Positions 1 through 11,000 of a stretch of 42,113 nt of DNA are shown here, piece after piece. Made by a program: the position numbers and the translations under genes. The stretch spans positions 1 to 42,113 of the forward strand of contig JWZX01002736.1 of the NCBI GenBank assembly GCA_001275005.1, read 5' to 3'. The notes beneath the pieces are model-generated. The model was not told the DNA's origin and searched no databases. It saw only the letters and a list, made by a program, of their open reading frames with translations. Positions within the stretch are counted from its first letter, which is position 1, and every line of letters starts with the position of its first letter. The DNA is from Chrysochromulina tobinii (lineage: Eukaryota).

Positions 1-2
1 CT

Positions 3-509
3 GCGGGCGTTGCTGCTGCCAAGGCGGGTGAGCTCTTACGCGGTTCACTGGACGCTGATCAGCAGGTGATCTTCGACTCGGCCACACGTGTAAGTGGACA
101 GATCGGCGAGGTGCTCGGCGTGACGGCCAAGGTGGGCCTCGAGGGAGTCAAGATGGGAGTTGCGACCGTTGGCAAAGTGGCGGAGGTCGCCACCCCGATC
201 GTCGAGGAGGGCATCCGGCAGGCCGCCCCGATCGTCGAGGAGGGTATCCGGCAGGGCACTCCTGTGGTGCTCAAGGCGAGTGAGCAGATTCTGCGAGGCG
301 TGGCGCAGGGCGCGGAGCTGGGGAGCAAGGCGGTTCAGCCTGCCTTGGACGAGCTCAGCAAGACCGGCACGGTCACCTCAGCGACGGTCAATAAGATCGC
401 GAGCGACGCCGTCTCCACTCTCTCCGACGGATCTCGTGAACTGACCAAAGGACTGATGCGCATCTTCTCTGGTGAGGAGTCACTTCAGCTGCCGTCCGCC
501 CCAGACTGA
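3..509 (+). CDS. C-terminal part of an unknown helical protein (5' truncated by window edge) with 11-aa periodic repeats
   Basis: Frame is open from nt 3 (AGVAAAKAGELLRGSLDADQQVIFD...) to TGA at 507-509. It contains the 33-nt-period repeat PIVEEGIRQAA/PIVEEGIRQGT. Confidence 0.7.
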   Translation, partial: AGVAAAKAGELLRGSLDADQQVIFDSATRVSGQIGEVLGVTAKVGLEGVKMGVATVGKVAEVATPIVEEGIRQAAPIVEEGIRQGTPVVLKASEQILRGVAQGAELGSKAVQPALDELSKTGTVTSATVNKIASDAVSTLSDGSRELTKGLMRIFSGEESLQLPSAPD

Positions 510-808
510 GGCATGTTCTGAGGGATCATCTCAAGATCATGGCGAGATGATACAGAATAGAGTACACATTCGAGAGTACTGCCCGCGGATGCAGTCACGA
601 GAACTCACTTGATCTATGAACCAATGCGATGAAGCCGCCGCGCGTTGTGTACACATACGTAGCCCTGTCGCTGGGGGAGAGCGCGCGTATGAGCTATATG
701 ATTCGAAGTTGGAACACGAAGAGGAGACGAGAGATTGTCGAACCGAAACAGGACGCCGTATCACAGCATGTGACATGTAGCTGAGAGCAACATCGTGTCA
801 TTTGTAAT

Positions 809-1744
809 TTACTCTGTAGCCGCGCTCTCGCCTTCGCCAAGCACGAGAACGGCGTGTATAGGCCGATGATCACTTGCCATCTCGCCCTTTATGAGAGCCT
901 CCTGCGTGCCGGCCACTCGGAAGTCACGCACGTGGCAGCCGCCGCGTGTGAGAACGAGATCGCATGCCATCAAGTCGCCCGTGTGCGCAATGTGCGAGAC
1001 CCAGCCAGTTGCTGGTGCCCCGCTGCGCAGACCCCCAGTCGTGGTTAGCTCAGAGACGGCCGGGTCGTCCACGTCGCCGTTGAGGTCGCCGAAGACGCAG
1101 ACCGGCTCCGAGCGCTCGCGGACGAGCTCACTCAGCTTGCGCGCCTGCTGCCGGCGCATCACGGGATCGTGTGCACTCGCGTGAGGAAAGGTGAGATGCG
1201 TCTGCAGCAGCGTGAGTGGGCCGATTCCTTCGAGAGTCAAGTCGCACGCTTGCACGATGCGCGATCCCCAATCATTGAAAGTGTAGGCTGAGAAGCGACA
1301 AGCAGAGCTCGGCATCCGGACGAGCATCGCGCAGCCGTCGCGCTTGCCATCCGTGCGCGGAACAAGGTGCATCGTGTAATGGTGCTCTTTGGCCCACTCA
1401 GTCCAGAGCTGGACATGCGCTGTCTCCAACCAAAACTCCTGAAGCCCGATGATGTCCGCGTCGCTCGCCGCAGCGTACAACATCTGCTCGGCAGCCCTCG
1501 CTCGCCAGGACTCCTCAGACTCGCGTCCACTGTTGCGCCGATTGTAAGGCGGCGCGAGGAGGTTCCACGACATCAGCTTCAGTGGCAGCGAAGTCGTGGA
1601 AGAGATGCTGGGTCGTTGCCACTGCGTCGATGTCTCCACGAGAGGTGGTGCGCTCGGGATCGCTTTGATCGGCCCACTGAAAATGGCACCAAAAATGGCG
1701 TCCATCATGGAGAACAGTTGCGTCCCTCGACCGTTCTGTGTCAT
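809..1744 (-). CDS. Endonuclease/exonuclease/phosphatase (EEP) family protein, similar to the plant calcium-binding EEP group but with no obvious EF-hand insert
   Basis: EEP motifs SWNLLAP, DIIGLQEFW, DGCAMLV, THLTFPH, FGDLNG, WVSH and SDHRPI. Intronless. The start could be one of the downstream MM codons. Confidence 0.85.
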   Translation of the reverse strand: MTQNGRGTQLFSMMDAIFGAIFSGPIKAIPSAPPLVETSTQWQRPSISSTTSLPLKLMSWNLLAPPYNRRNSGRESEESWRARAAEQMLYAAASDADIIGLQEFWLETAHVQLWTEWAKEHHYTMHLVPRTDGKRDGCAMLVRMPSSACRFSAYTFNDWGSRIVQACDLTLEGIGPLTLLQTHLTFPHASAHDPVMRRQQARKLSELVRERSEPVCVFGDLNGDVDDPAVSELTTTGGLRSGAPATGWVSHIAHTGDLMACDLVLTRGGCHVRDFRVAGTQEALIKGEMASDHRPIHAVLVLGEGESAATE

Positions 1745-1851
1745 GGCTGGTTCTGTACGGTTAGGAACCTACAAATAACTTGGGAGTTGTCCCGGGAGTC
1801 GGCCCGACGTGCTACCCCATTCACATGAAACTGGGGTCGGAAAGCGAGCCA

Positions 1852-4800
1852 ATGGCGCGCAACCGGGTCAGCTTCCTGGGAGAAGGGGTGGCGGCCGAAG
1901 GTACCCTCGAAGCGGACGAGGAGATATTTCCGGATGCTGAAGTGCTGGTGGAGACGGAACCTGGCTTGTATCTCCGTGGTCTAGTCCTCGCCGTCGGCGA
2001 TGCAGATATCGAGGTCGCGTTTGGCGAGGACGAGCGAGAGCAATGTGCGCGCAGCCACGTGTGGCCGGCCAATGAGGCCGGGTTGTATGTGGAAGACACG
2101 TCGGCGCTCGTGCACCTGTCCGAGGCCACGATCGTCGAGAACATTCGCGCCGGCCTAGTCGAGCGTGAAAGCATCTACCAGTGGGTCGGCCCGACCCTGA
2201 TCGCCGTCAACCCCATGCGGACGCTTTCGGGCGGCGAGCGCTACGGGGCGGCGGCCATGGAACGGTGCCGCAACGGGGCGGCAGCGAATCCACCCGCGCA
2301 TCCCTTTTTCCTCGTCGAGCTCGCGCTCCGCGACCTCGTGCGCCAGGGCCGCTCGGCCGCCTTTGTCGTGAGTGGCGAGAGTGGCGCGGGCAAAACGGAG
2401 TGCAACAAGCACCTGCTGCAGTACTGTCTGTGGCGTGCGGGGCACGAGGGGGTGCTCGCGTCGCGGCTGCGTGCGGTCACGCCGCTCGTCGAGCTCTTCG
2501 GCAGCGGCGCCACACGCCACAATGCCAACTCGTCGCGGGTGGGCCGCTTCCTGCAGCTGCATCTGGGGGTTGGAGCTCGTCCCAGTGATCGTGGCGTCTG
2601 GCCGACGCCGGTGGTGCGTCATGCGCAGCTGCAGACGTTTCTGCTCGAGCGCTCGCGCGTCGTCTCGGTCAACGTCGGCGAGCGCGGCTTTCACAGCTTC
2701 TATGGGCTCCTTGGCACAGCGCCCCTTGCGGGCGCGATCGGGCTTCTCGCCTTTGGTCACGAGCCTTCCGAGTTTGGATACCTCCATCCGGGCGTCGCGG
2801 CGCTGCCGGGGCGCGATGACGCCGCCGAGTTCGCAAGCGGCTGGGGCGCCCTCGGCGCCCTCGGCGTGAGTGCCGCCGACGCCACCTCGGCCGCCCAGCT
2901 TTTGGCCGCCGTGCTGCTGCTGGGTAATGTGAGCTTCGAGCAGTGTGCTGAGGGCGCATCCCCGACCGAGGGGGCGCATGCGGCGCTGGCGCAGCTCGGC
3001 CGTTGGTTGGGCGCCGACTTGAGCGGCGCGCTGCTCCATCGCTCGATGCCAGGGGGCTTTGGGCGCGCGAACGTGCTCTTGCCGCGCGACGCGGCGGCCG
3101 CGGCACGCGCGCGAGACGCGGTGGCACGCGCCCTTTACGTGCGCCTGTTTGCGCATCTGGTGGAGCTTGTCAACGCCGCCCTCGCGTCACCCGACGCGCC
3201 GACGGAGGCGCCGACGGAGGCGGAGGCTGCGGCCGGCGGCGGCGGAGGAGGCGGCGGCGGTGGCGGCGGCGGGCGGCTCGGGCTGCTAGACATCTTTGGC
3301 TTTGAGCGCTTCGAGATCAACTCGTTCGAGCAGCTGCTCATCAACTACTCAAACGAGGCGCTGCACGCACACTTCCTGCGCTCCATCTTCGAGTCCGAGC
3401 TGCGTCTGTACAAGGCGGAGGGCGTGCCGTGGCCGGATGTGCCGGTCGGTGCCGAAGAGCTCGACCTCTCATTGCCAATGATGGCCTCTGATGCCCTCTG
3501 CTGACCTCTGATGATGTGCCGGTCGGTGCCGAAGAGCTCGACCTCTCATTGCCAATGCTCTGATGGCCTCTGATGGCCTCTGATGGCCTCTGATGGCCTC
3601 TGATGGCCTCTGATGGCCTCTGATGGCCTCTGATGGCCTCTGATGGCCTCTGATGGCCTCTGATGGCCTCCGATGGCCTCCGAGCGCCCCTGATGGCATT
3701 TGATGACCTCTGATGGCATGCTGAGTGCATCTCTGAGTGCATGCCGATTGCCTGCCTCATCAGGTGCCGGAGAATCACGAGCTCCTTACGCTGCTCGCCG
3801 CGCGTCCAACTGGGCTCCTCCCACTGCTCGATGAACAGTGCGCCCTCGCCGATCCGAAGGACGAGGCCTTCCTGGAACGGGCCATGCAGGCGCACGCCCG
3901 CTCGCGCGTCTTCTCGCGCCCGAAGCAGCGCCGAGGACGGCGGCGCGGCGGCGGCGCTGCCAATAGCGATGCGCCCAAGGCCGAGTTTGTGCTGCGCCAC
4001 TTCGCCGGACCCATCCGCTACTCCTCTTCGCACTTCGTCGAGAAGAATGTGGACAAGCTGCCAGTGGAGGCTTCCGACGCCCTCGCCACCTCCACCGACG
4101 CCCTCGTCCACGCCCTCTTTGGCGGCGCTGGTGGCGGCGCTGGCGGCGGCGGCCGGCGTGGCGCGGCCACCGTGTACGCGGCCTTCGAGGCCTCCCTTCG
4201 CGAGCTGCTCGACGCTCTCGCCGCCACGCGCTCCTACTTTGTACGCTGCGTGCGCCCGCGCGGCGGCGTACACGCGCAGGAGCCTACCGGTACGGCCAGT
4301 GAGGCCGTCGGCGACGGCGCCTATGGCGAGCGTGCCTATGGCGAGCAGTACGAAGCGGGCGCGGGTGGCGCAGCGCCGCGGGTCGAGTTCGACGGCCGTG
4401 TAGTGCTCGGCCAGCTGCGTGCGTCGGGCCTGCTCGAGGCGGTGCGGCTGATGAAGCTCGGGTTCCCCACTCGACTCGACTACGTCGAGGTGCATGCCAA
4501 GTACGCGAGCGGGCTGCCCGAGTGGGCGGCTCAGCTGCCCGCGCGCGAGCTCGTGCGGGCTCTCGCTCTCGCGAGCGGTGTGCCCGCAACGGACCTGCGC
4601 TTCGGTACCACCAAGCTCTTCTGCCGTGCTTCGAGGGGCAGCTTCCTTGGGCGCCTCATGGGCGGCGGCGGCGGTGCGGATGCGCTCGACACGGCGCTTG
4701 ATGCGTCCGCCTCGCTGCCCGAGGTTCGTGCCCTCCTCGAAGAATATGAGCGGCGGCGTGCGGCTTTGCCCATCCTCGAGAAGACGTTGCTTATGTGGGT

Positions 4801-6268
4801 GCACAAGCGTCGCTACCGTATGTTGCGCTCCGCCAAGCGCAACGCCATCGAGCGCGCGCGAGAGCGCATCCGGAGCGCGGGTCAGAAGATTGCCAGGGTC
4901 ATGCTGCCCTTCCTGGGCGCGCGCCGGCAGCACGGGCACGAGCGCTGCCGGCAGCTCGAGCAGCAGCGTCAGCGCGCCGTGCTCGAGCAGCTGGCCGCCG
5001 CCCGCATCCAGCGCGCCTTTGCCGCACGGCGCGAGCGCGCTGGCGACGACGACGACGACGACGACGAGATAGTCTACCTGCCGCATCTCCCGCGCCTCAA
5101 GAGCCAACGCTTCTCAAGCTCTCGGGCCAGTAGCGCCGCCGACGCGCGCCTCACTCGCACGCCTCTCTCTCTCTTGCGCGCGGCGGCGCGAAGGGTGGTC
5201 ACGGGCGAGTTGGCTGCGATGGAAGCGTCCGCGTCGGCGGCGGCGGCGGCGGCGGCGTTGTCGGCCGAGGTGGTCGATGGGGTGTTTGAGGGTCGAGTGT
5301 TGCATGCGGGGCACCTGTGGCTTTCGGCTGAGGGGGGCGATGCGCCGAGCCGACCCCGCGCCGAGTGGTACTGCGTCCTTCTCTCCTCACGCCTCCTGCT
5401 CTGCCTCGAGCGCGCGCGGGCGGGCGACGGCGGCGCAGCCGCAACTGGAGCAGCAGCAGCAGCCGCAGGAAAGGTCCACCGCTCGCGGAGCATCGAAGGG
5501 GGGGAGAGGCCCTTCGCCATCGGCGCGAAAGTGCTGGTCAAACGGACCGACGGCAGCGAGTCGGCGGCCACTGTTGAGAAGTGTGAAATGGACATCGTAG
5601 GGCGCCCCCTCTACACTGTCAAGCTGGAGGTTGGGCACGTGAAGCGTGCCCTTGAGAGGGACGTGCGCGGCCGACCAGCCGGCGCAGCCCGAGGAGAGGG
5701 CAGCGCCGTCGTGAGCGAGAGCGCCAGCGGCGGCAGGGGCGGCAGCGGCGGCAGCTTCGGCAGCTTCGACGCTGCGAATGGCGAGGCGCGTCGTGTGATC
5801 CCCATTCGTCTCGAGAGCGGTGTCGCGGTGCGCGCGCTCGGTGGTCGAGGAGAGCGCCTCGCGATGGTGCGGCCGGCCAAGGCGCCCACCACGACGCTAG
5901 CCGCGGCCTTTGAGCTCACGTGCAACGGGCGGCGCTGGACCGCGGAGCCCGCACTGCTCGGCCACGACGACGCGCAGCACACGGTGTGCGCGCGCGCGGT
6001 GCAGGTGTGGGTGCGCCGGCTGTGCGCTGTGTTGATCTCCGAGGAGTCGCGTGGCTCGCGCGTGACGCTCGGCGGCGCGGGCTATCGGGCGACGCTGGGC
6101 TGGCGAGCCGCTGGTGGCCTCGACGACGACGACGACGACGACGACGAACGTGAGGAGCTGCCCGCACCGCCATGCTACCTCGCAGGCCAGTGGAAGGAGG
6201 GATGCTATTACGCCGGCGACGGGAGTGTCGCGTACTATGTGGGCACCTGCCCAGATGACCCGTATTAG
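1852..6268 (+). CDS. Unconventional myosin: motor, IQ-like neck and split PH-like tail; two exons, intron 3445-3763
   Basis: P-loop GESGAGKT, switch I NANSSRVG, switch II LLDIFGFE, NSFEQLLINYSNE, GLLPLLDEQC, HFAG and YFVRCVRP. Splicing 3444 to 3764 joins WPDVP|VPENHELL in frame. Alternative ATG at 1825. Confidence 0.92.
3558..3720 (+). repeat. Intronic 10-nt minisatellite (TGATGGCCTC)n in the myosin intron
   Basis: About ten perfect tandem copies that decay toward the CCTCATCAG acceptor. Confidence 0.95.
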
Positions 6269-6656
6269 GTATGTGGGCCGACCTGCCCAGATGACCCGTA
6301 TTAGTCGCTCCAAGACAGAAAGGGCGGGGTAAGAGTGCTCGTACATACAACAGTACTATAGCACTTAACGTGATGTGCGTTGTCGTGGGCGGGGGCACAA
6401 ACCGACGTTCCGACGAATTGTCGATGTAATCCCAGTCGGCAGCGGGAAGAGCAAGAGCGAAGAGGCTCCCGGGCACCAGAAATGCATGATCGGAGGAGCT
6501 CTTTGAGACGGAGGGTTGGTGAGCGCGGGAGAGGCCGCGACATGACTGATGGACTGTCACAGAGGCTGCTCATCGCCACGTCATGCCAACAGATCTCGTA
6601 ACTAAACGCATTCTAAGTTGGTTTCGGTCGAACCTCCCCATCGAGATTGCTTTGCC

Positions 6657-7385
6657 ATGCTCGTCGCCGCCGCCGTTCTTGTCGCATGCACGTTGTCGCT
6701 CACCACTCCGCCGCCGCTATTGACGCGTCGTGCGGCAGCGACCGCCTTAGCATCTGCAGCGGCCGCCGCTCTGCCGCCGCTGCGTGCGCATGCTGGTTTA
6801 TTTGGCTCGGAGCTAGATGGACCATTCCGCGAGATACAGCTTTCGCAGACGCGCCTCAAGGAGCTCGCTTCAAAGCTCAAGAGCAAGGAACTAAAGGGTG
6901 ACAGCGCCGATGATAGCATTGTTGTGCTCCAGACCGTCACGGTCCAGCTGAGCGGCACGGTCAAAGTCATGGACAAGGCCACCACCCAGATGACGCTGCT
7001 GAGCGAGGTCGATCTCTCCAAGGCGAGGTCGCTCTCGGCCCGCCTCGAGAGCGAGTTGAGCGCCATAAAGCAGGGCTGCCGCGAGCAGAAGGCCGACCAG
7101 CAGCTCGCTGGCGCCGAGGCGGCGGGCAGCGTCCTCGGCGAGTACCTGACGCTGGCTGGATCCAAATACACGTTGCCTGAGGTGGTCTCGATGGAGTTAC
7201 CCGCTGCCGGCTCGAGCGAGTTCATCTCGCAGTACCTTGGTATCTTCTCGTGCGAGGGGCAGGGGTTGGAGCGAATCCCAGGCTCCAACTCGTGCCGAAA
7301 TTCCGCCGATAAGAGCCAGAACAAGAATCCGATGCCAACCAAGAACTTCCTCGACTTTGACTTCTTGACTGGCAAGGCTTTGTGA
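6657..7385 (+). CDS. Predicted thylakoid-lumen protein, PsbQ-like helical bundle
   Basis: Signal peptide MLVAAAVLVACTLSL, then twin-arginine TRRAAA, a hydrophobic stretch and an AHA cleavage site. The helical core KARSLSARLESELSAIKQGCRE...LGEYLTLA resembles PsbQ-type bundles. Confidence 0.65.
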   Translation: MLVAAAVLVACTLSLTTPPPLLTRRAAATALASAAAAALPPLRAHAGLFGSELDGPFREIQLSQTRLKELASKLKSKELKGDSADDSIVVLQTVTVQLSGTVKVMDKATTQMTLLSEVDLSKARSLSARLESELSAIKQGCREQKADQQLAGAEAAGSVLGEYLTLAGSKYTLPEVVSMELPAAGSSEFISQYLGIFSCEGQGLERIPGSNSCRNSADKSQNKNPMPTKNFLDFDFLTGKAL

Positions 7386-8092
7386 TCGGTCCGGCGTCTC
7401 ACAGATGATTCTCTGCACAATGACTGTTAGCACACAGTACGTCTTTTAGCACACAGCATTGTCATTTCTCTAAATCCTCGCGTCTTCGTCCTCGCACGGC
7501 GGGGCGGATGCCGGGCAATCGGATGCCGGATCCCGGATCGGTGCGGGTTCCAGATCCGGATCGTTCGACGACTAGCCGGGGGTCGCAGCGGGGTACTCGA
7601 GTTATCACGTCAGGATGTTCCTGTTACAACAGGAACGACTCGACAACGACAATCGAAATCCTGAGGATTAGGTTTAGGCCACACTACGCTAGTTCGGTCC
7701 ATGGTCCGGTCACGGCACCGACGAGAGCGCGCGCCGCACAGCACCACCACCAGCACCACGCAGCCAGCACGAGCACATGCGCGAGCAAGGCCGTCGCCAC
7801 CAGAATGCAGCAAGGCCGCCACCATCCACACCACATGACCACACGTCGCATGCGGTCACAAAGCACGGGTTTGTATCAATCCGTGTGCAAAACCCGGCCC
7901 AGGGAGCCGGCACAGTCTTGGACAACATGACACCCGCCCCCTGCGCGCGTGGCCTTCCCCATGTCTCCGTTCTCACTTTCTCCGGTCGGTCTACTTCCCC
8001 CTTTGTGCACTGTTCAACAGATAGTTCACGGGCAGGGCAGGACTTCGGGCCAGAGAGCGGTGGCGTGGGGCTGGATGCGCAGGCCAAGTTCG

Positions 8093-11000
8093 TCAGATCG
8101 AGCGCAGCCGATCAGCGCTCACCCCCTCCACGTACTTGCCGCCCTGCAAGGCCACGTCATACGTACCCTCCGCCTCGTTCCCGTCGTAAATTCGACCCTG
8201 GCGCCACTCGTCGCCGACAATCACTTCCACTGCCTGTCCCTCCCGGTAGCCGATGGCGACCGGTGCGACCGCGGGAGCCACGGCCAGTAGTTCACCGGTA
8301 TGAATACTGTACTGTGCACTGTCCCAGCCGGCAGTCCCCCTCCTGTTGTTGAGCTCAGGCTTCGCCACCTGCCCATGCAGCAGCACCTGCTCGCCAACGA
8401 GCCCTCCAGCACTCGGGTCGGGTGATGACGAAGACGGCGCCGTTCCTTGGACAGATTGTGTCCCTGGCTGTGGCTCATGTGTAGTGTCAAGCTGTTGCAG
8501 GTTGGCTGGCTTCAAGGACAGCAAGCTCCCATCCTGCAGCCGCACAGAGTACCGCCCGCGCTCGCTGTCCCAGCCAGCCGCAGTCCCCGTCCTGTCGTTG
8601 AGCTCTGGCTTCGCGACGAGCCCATGCACCAGCACCTGCTTGCCGACGAGCGGCGCGCGCTTCAATTCGAGCGCCCTATGCATGTCCATGACTTTGAGCG
8701 TGTCGGGGTGCCGATCGCCGAGCGTCCCACGGCTATGCTCGGTCAACAACGGCAGCGCGTCGCCAAGAAAACCCTTGGCCTTCAGCAGCATCCCCAGACT
8801 GTTGCTGTAGATGATCGTTTTAGGGTGCTGATCACCGAGCGTCGCACGGCTCGCCTCAAGCGCCTCGCGCAACAGCGGCTCCGCCTCGTCGAGCTTGCCT
8901 TCAGCATGCAGCAGCAGCCCCAGATTGTTCAGGGAGGTGAGCGTGTGAGGGTGCCGATCGCCGAGCGTCGCACGGCTCGCCTCAAGGTTTTCGCGCAACA
9001 GCGGCTCCGCCTCGTCGAGCTTGCCCTGGTCTGTCAGCAGCCCCCCCAGATAGCTCATGGAGATGAGCGTTTGAGCGTGCCGATCGCCGAGCGTCGCACG
9101 CCTCGCCTCGAGCGCCTCGCGCAACAGCGGCTCCGCCTCGTCGAGCTTGCCCTGGGCGTGCAGCAGCAACCCCAGATTGCCCATGGAGCCAAGCGTGTGA
9201 GGGTGCCGATCACCGAGCGTCGCACGCCTCGCCTCGAGCGCCTCGAGTCGCCCGCAGAGGAGCTCGTTCATGGCCTCGTTGTTCATGGCCTCGTTGGCCT
9301 CGATCTTTTTTTGGCGAATGGAGGTGAGCGTGTCAGGGTGCCGATCGCCGAGCGTCGCTCGCTGCGTCTCGATCGTCGCGATGGCGCCCAAAAGGCGCGT
9401 CGTCGCGATGGCGTCCAACAGCGAGTCCACGAGGGAGACCTCCTGCGCGTCCGCGAGGTCCACCATCTGTGGCTCCTGTGTAGTGTCAAGCTGTCGCAGG
9501 TTGGCTGGCTTCAAGGACAGCAAGCTCCCATCCAGCAGCCGCACAGAGTACCGCCCGCGCTCGCTGTCCCAGCCAGCCGCAGTCCCCGTCCTGTCGTTGA
9601 GCTCCGGCTTCGCGACGAGCCCATGCACCAGCACCTGCTTGCCGACGAGCGGCGCACGCTTCAATTCGAGCGCCCTTTGCACGTCCATGAGTCGGAGCGT
9701 GTCGGGGTGCCGATCGCCGAGCGTCCCACGGCAATGCTCGACTAACAGCGGCAGCGCCTCGTCGTGCTTGCCCTGGGCATGCAGCAGCGACCCCAGATGG
9801 CCGATGGAGCTGAGCGTGCTATGGTGCCGATCGCCGAGCGTGGCACGCTGCACCTCGAGCCCCTCGCGCAGCAGCGGCTCCGCCTCGTCGAGCTTGCCCT
9901 GTTCATACAGCAGCGTCCCAAGATTCATGATCGAGGCGAGTGTGTGAGGATGCCGATCGCCGAGCGTCGCACGGCTCGCCTCAAGGTCCTCGCGCAGCAG
10001 CGGCTCCGCCTCAAGGTCCTCGCGCAGCAGCGGCTCCGCCTCGTCAAGCCTGCCCTGGGCCTTCAGCAGCGATTCCAGATTGCGCATGGAGTTGAGCGTG
10101 TGCGGGTGCTGATAACCGAGCGTCGCACGCTTCGCCTCGAGCGCCTCGCGCAACAGCGGCTCCGCCTCGTCGAGCTTGCCCTGGTCCTTCAGCATCGCCC
10201 CCAGATTGTTGATGTAGATGAGCGTGTCAGGGTGCCGATCGCCGAGCGTCGCACGGCTCGCCTCAATTGCCTCACGCAACAGCGGCTCCGCCTCGTCGAA
10301 CTTGCCCTGGTCTGTCAGCAGCGTCCCCAGACTGCTCATGGAGTCAAGCGTGTCAGAGTGCCGATCGCCGAGCATCGCACGCCTGGCATCAAGCGCCGAG
10401 CGCATCAGCGGCTCCGCCTCGTCGAGCTTGCCCTGGTTATACAGCAGCGCCCCCAGATTGTTCATAGAGGCGAGCGTGTCAGAGTGCCGATCGCCGAGCC
10501 TCGCACGCTGCGCCTTGAGCCCCTCGCGCATCAGCGGCTCCGCCTCGTCGAGCTTGCCCTGGGCCTGCAGCAGCGTCCCCAGATTGTTGATGGAAGCGAG
10601 CGTGCCAGGGTGCCGATCGCCGAGCGTGGCACGCTGCACCTCGAGCCCCTCACGCAGCAGCGGCTCCGCCTCGTCAAGCTTGCTCTGGTTAAACAGCAGC
10701 AACCCCAGGCGATTCTGCAGCTTCGACGTCGCCCGCTCCTCGCGCGGCAGGCGCGCCAACGCCGCGCGGCCCTCCGACACGAGCCACTCGCGCAGCGCCT
10801 CCGAGAGCCGCGCATCTAGCTCTGTGTGACCGCCTTTCAGCGTGCGATCGATCGCCGCATGGACCATCGCCTGGTCCTCCCGCGTGAAGCACTCGGCCGA
10901 GCGCGAGTCAATGCGTGCCACGCTCGCCGCGATCGCGTCGAACTCATTCACCAGCGCCGCTTGAAAGTCAGTCGACTCCGCCGGCGGCAGCCGCACCCTC

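Noticed and set aside
3558..3720. Tandem arrays as CRISPR repeats
   Set aside because: The units are 10 nt with no unique spacers, sit inside spliceosomal introns, and no cas genes are present.
3341..5107. Long antisense or alternative-frame ORFs (also 8447-9745, 9764-10819, 32926-34341 and many others)
   Set aside because: They are shadows of real GC-rich genes with no recognisable motifs. RPSEAIRGHQ-type peptides are translations of the satellite.
8700..10730. True kinesin light chain ortholog
   Set aside because: The TPR type is similar, but there is no N-terminal heptad region and the surrounding domains differ.
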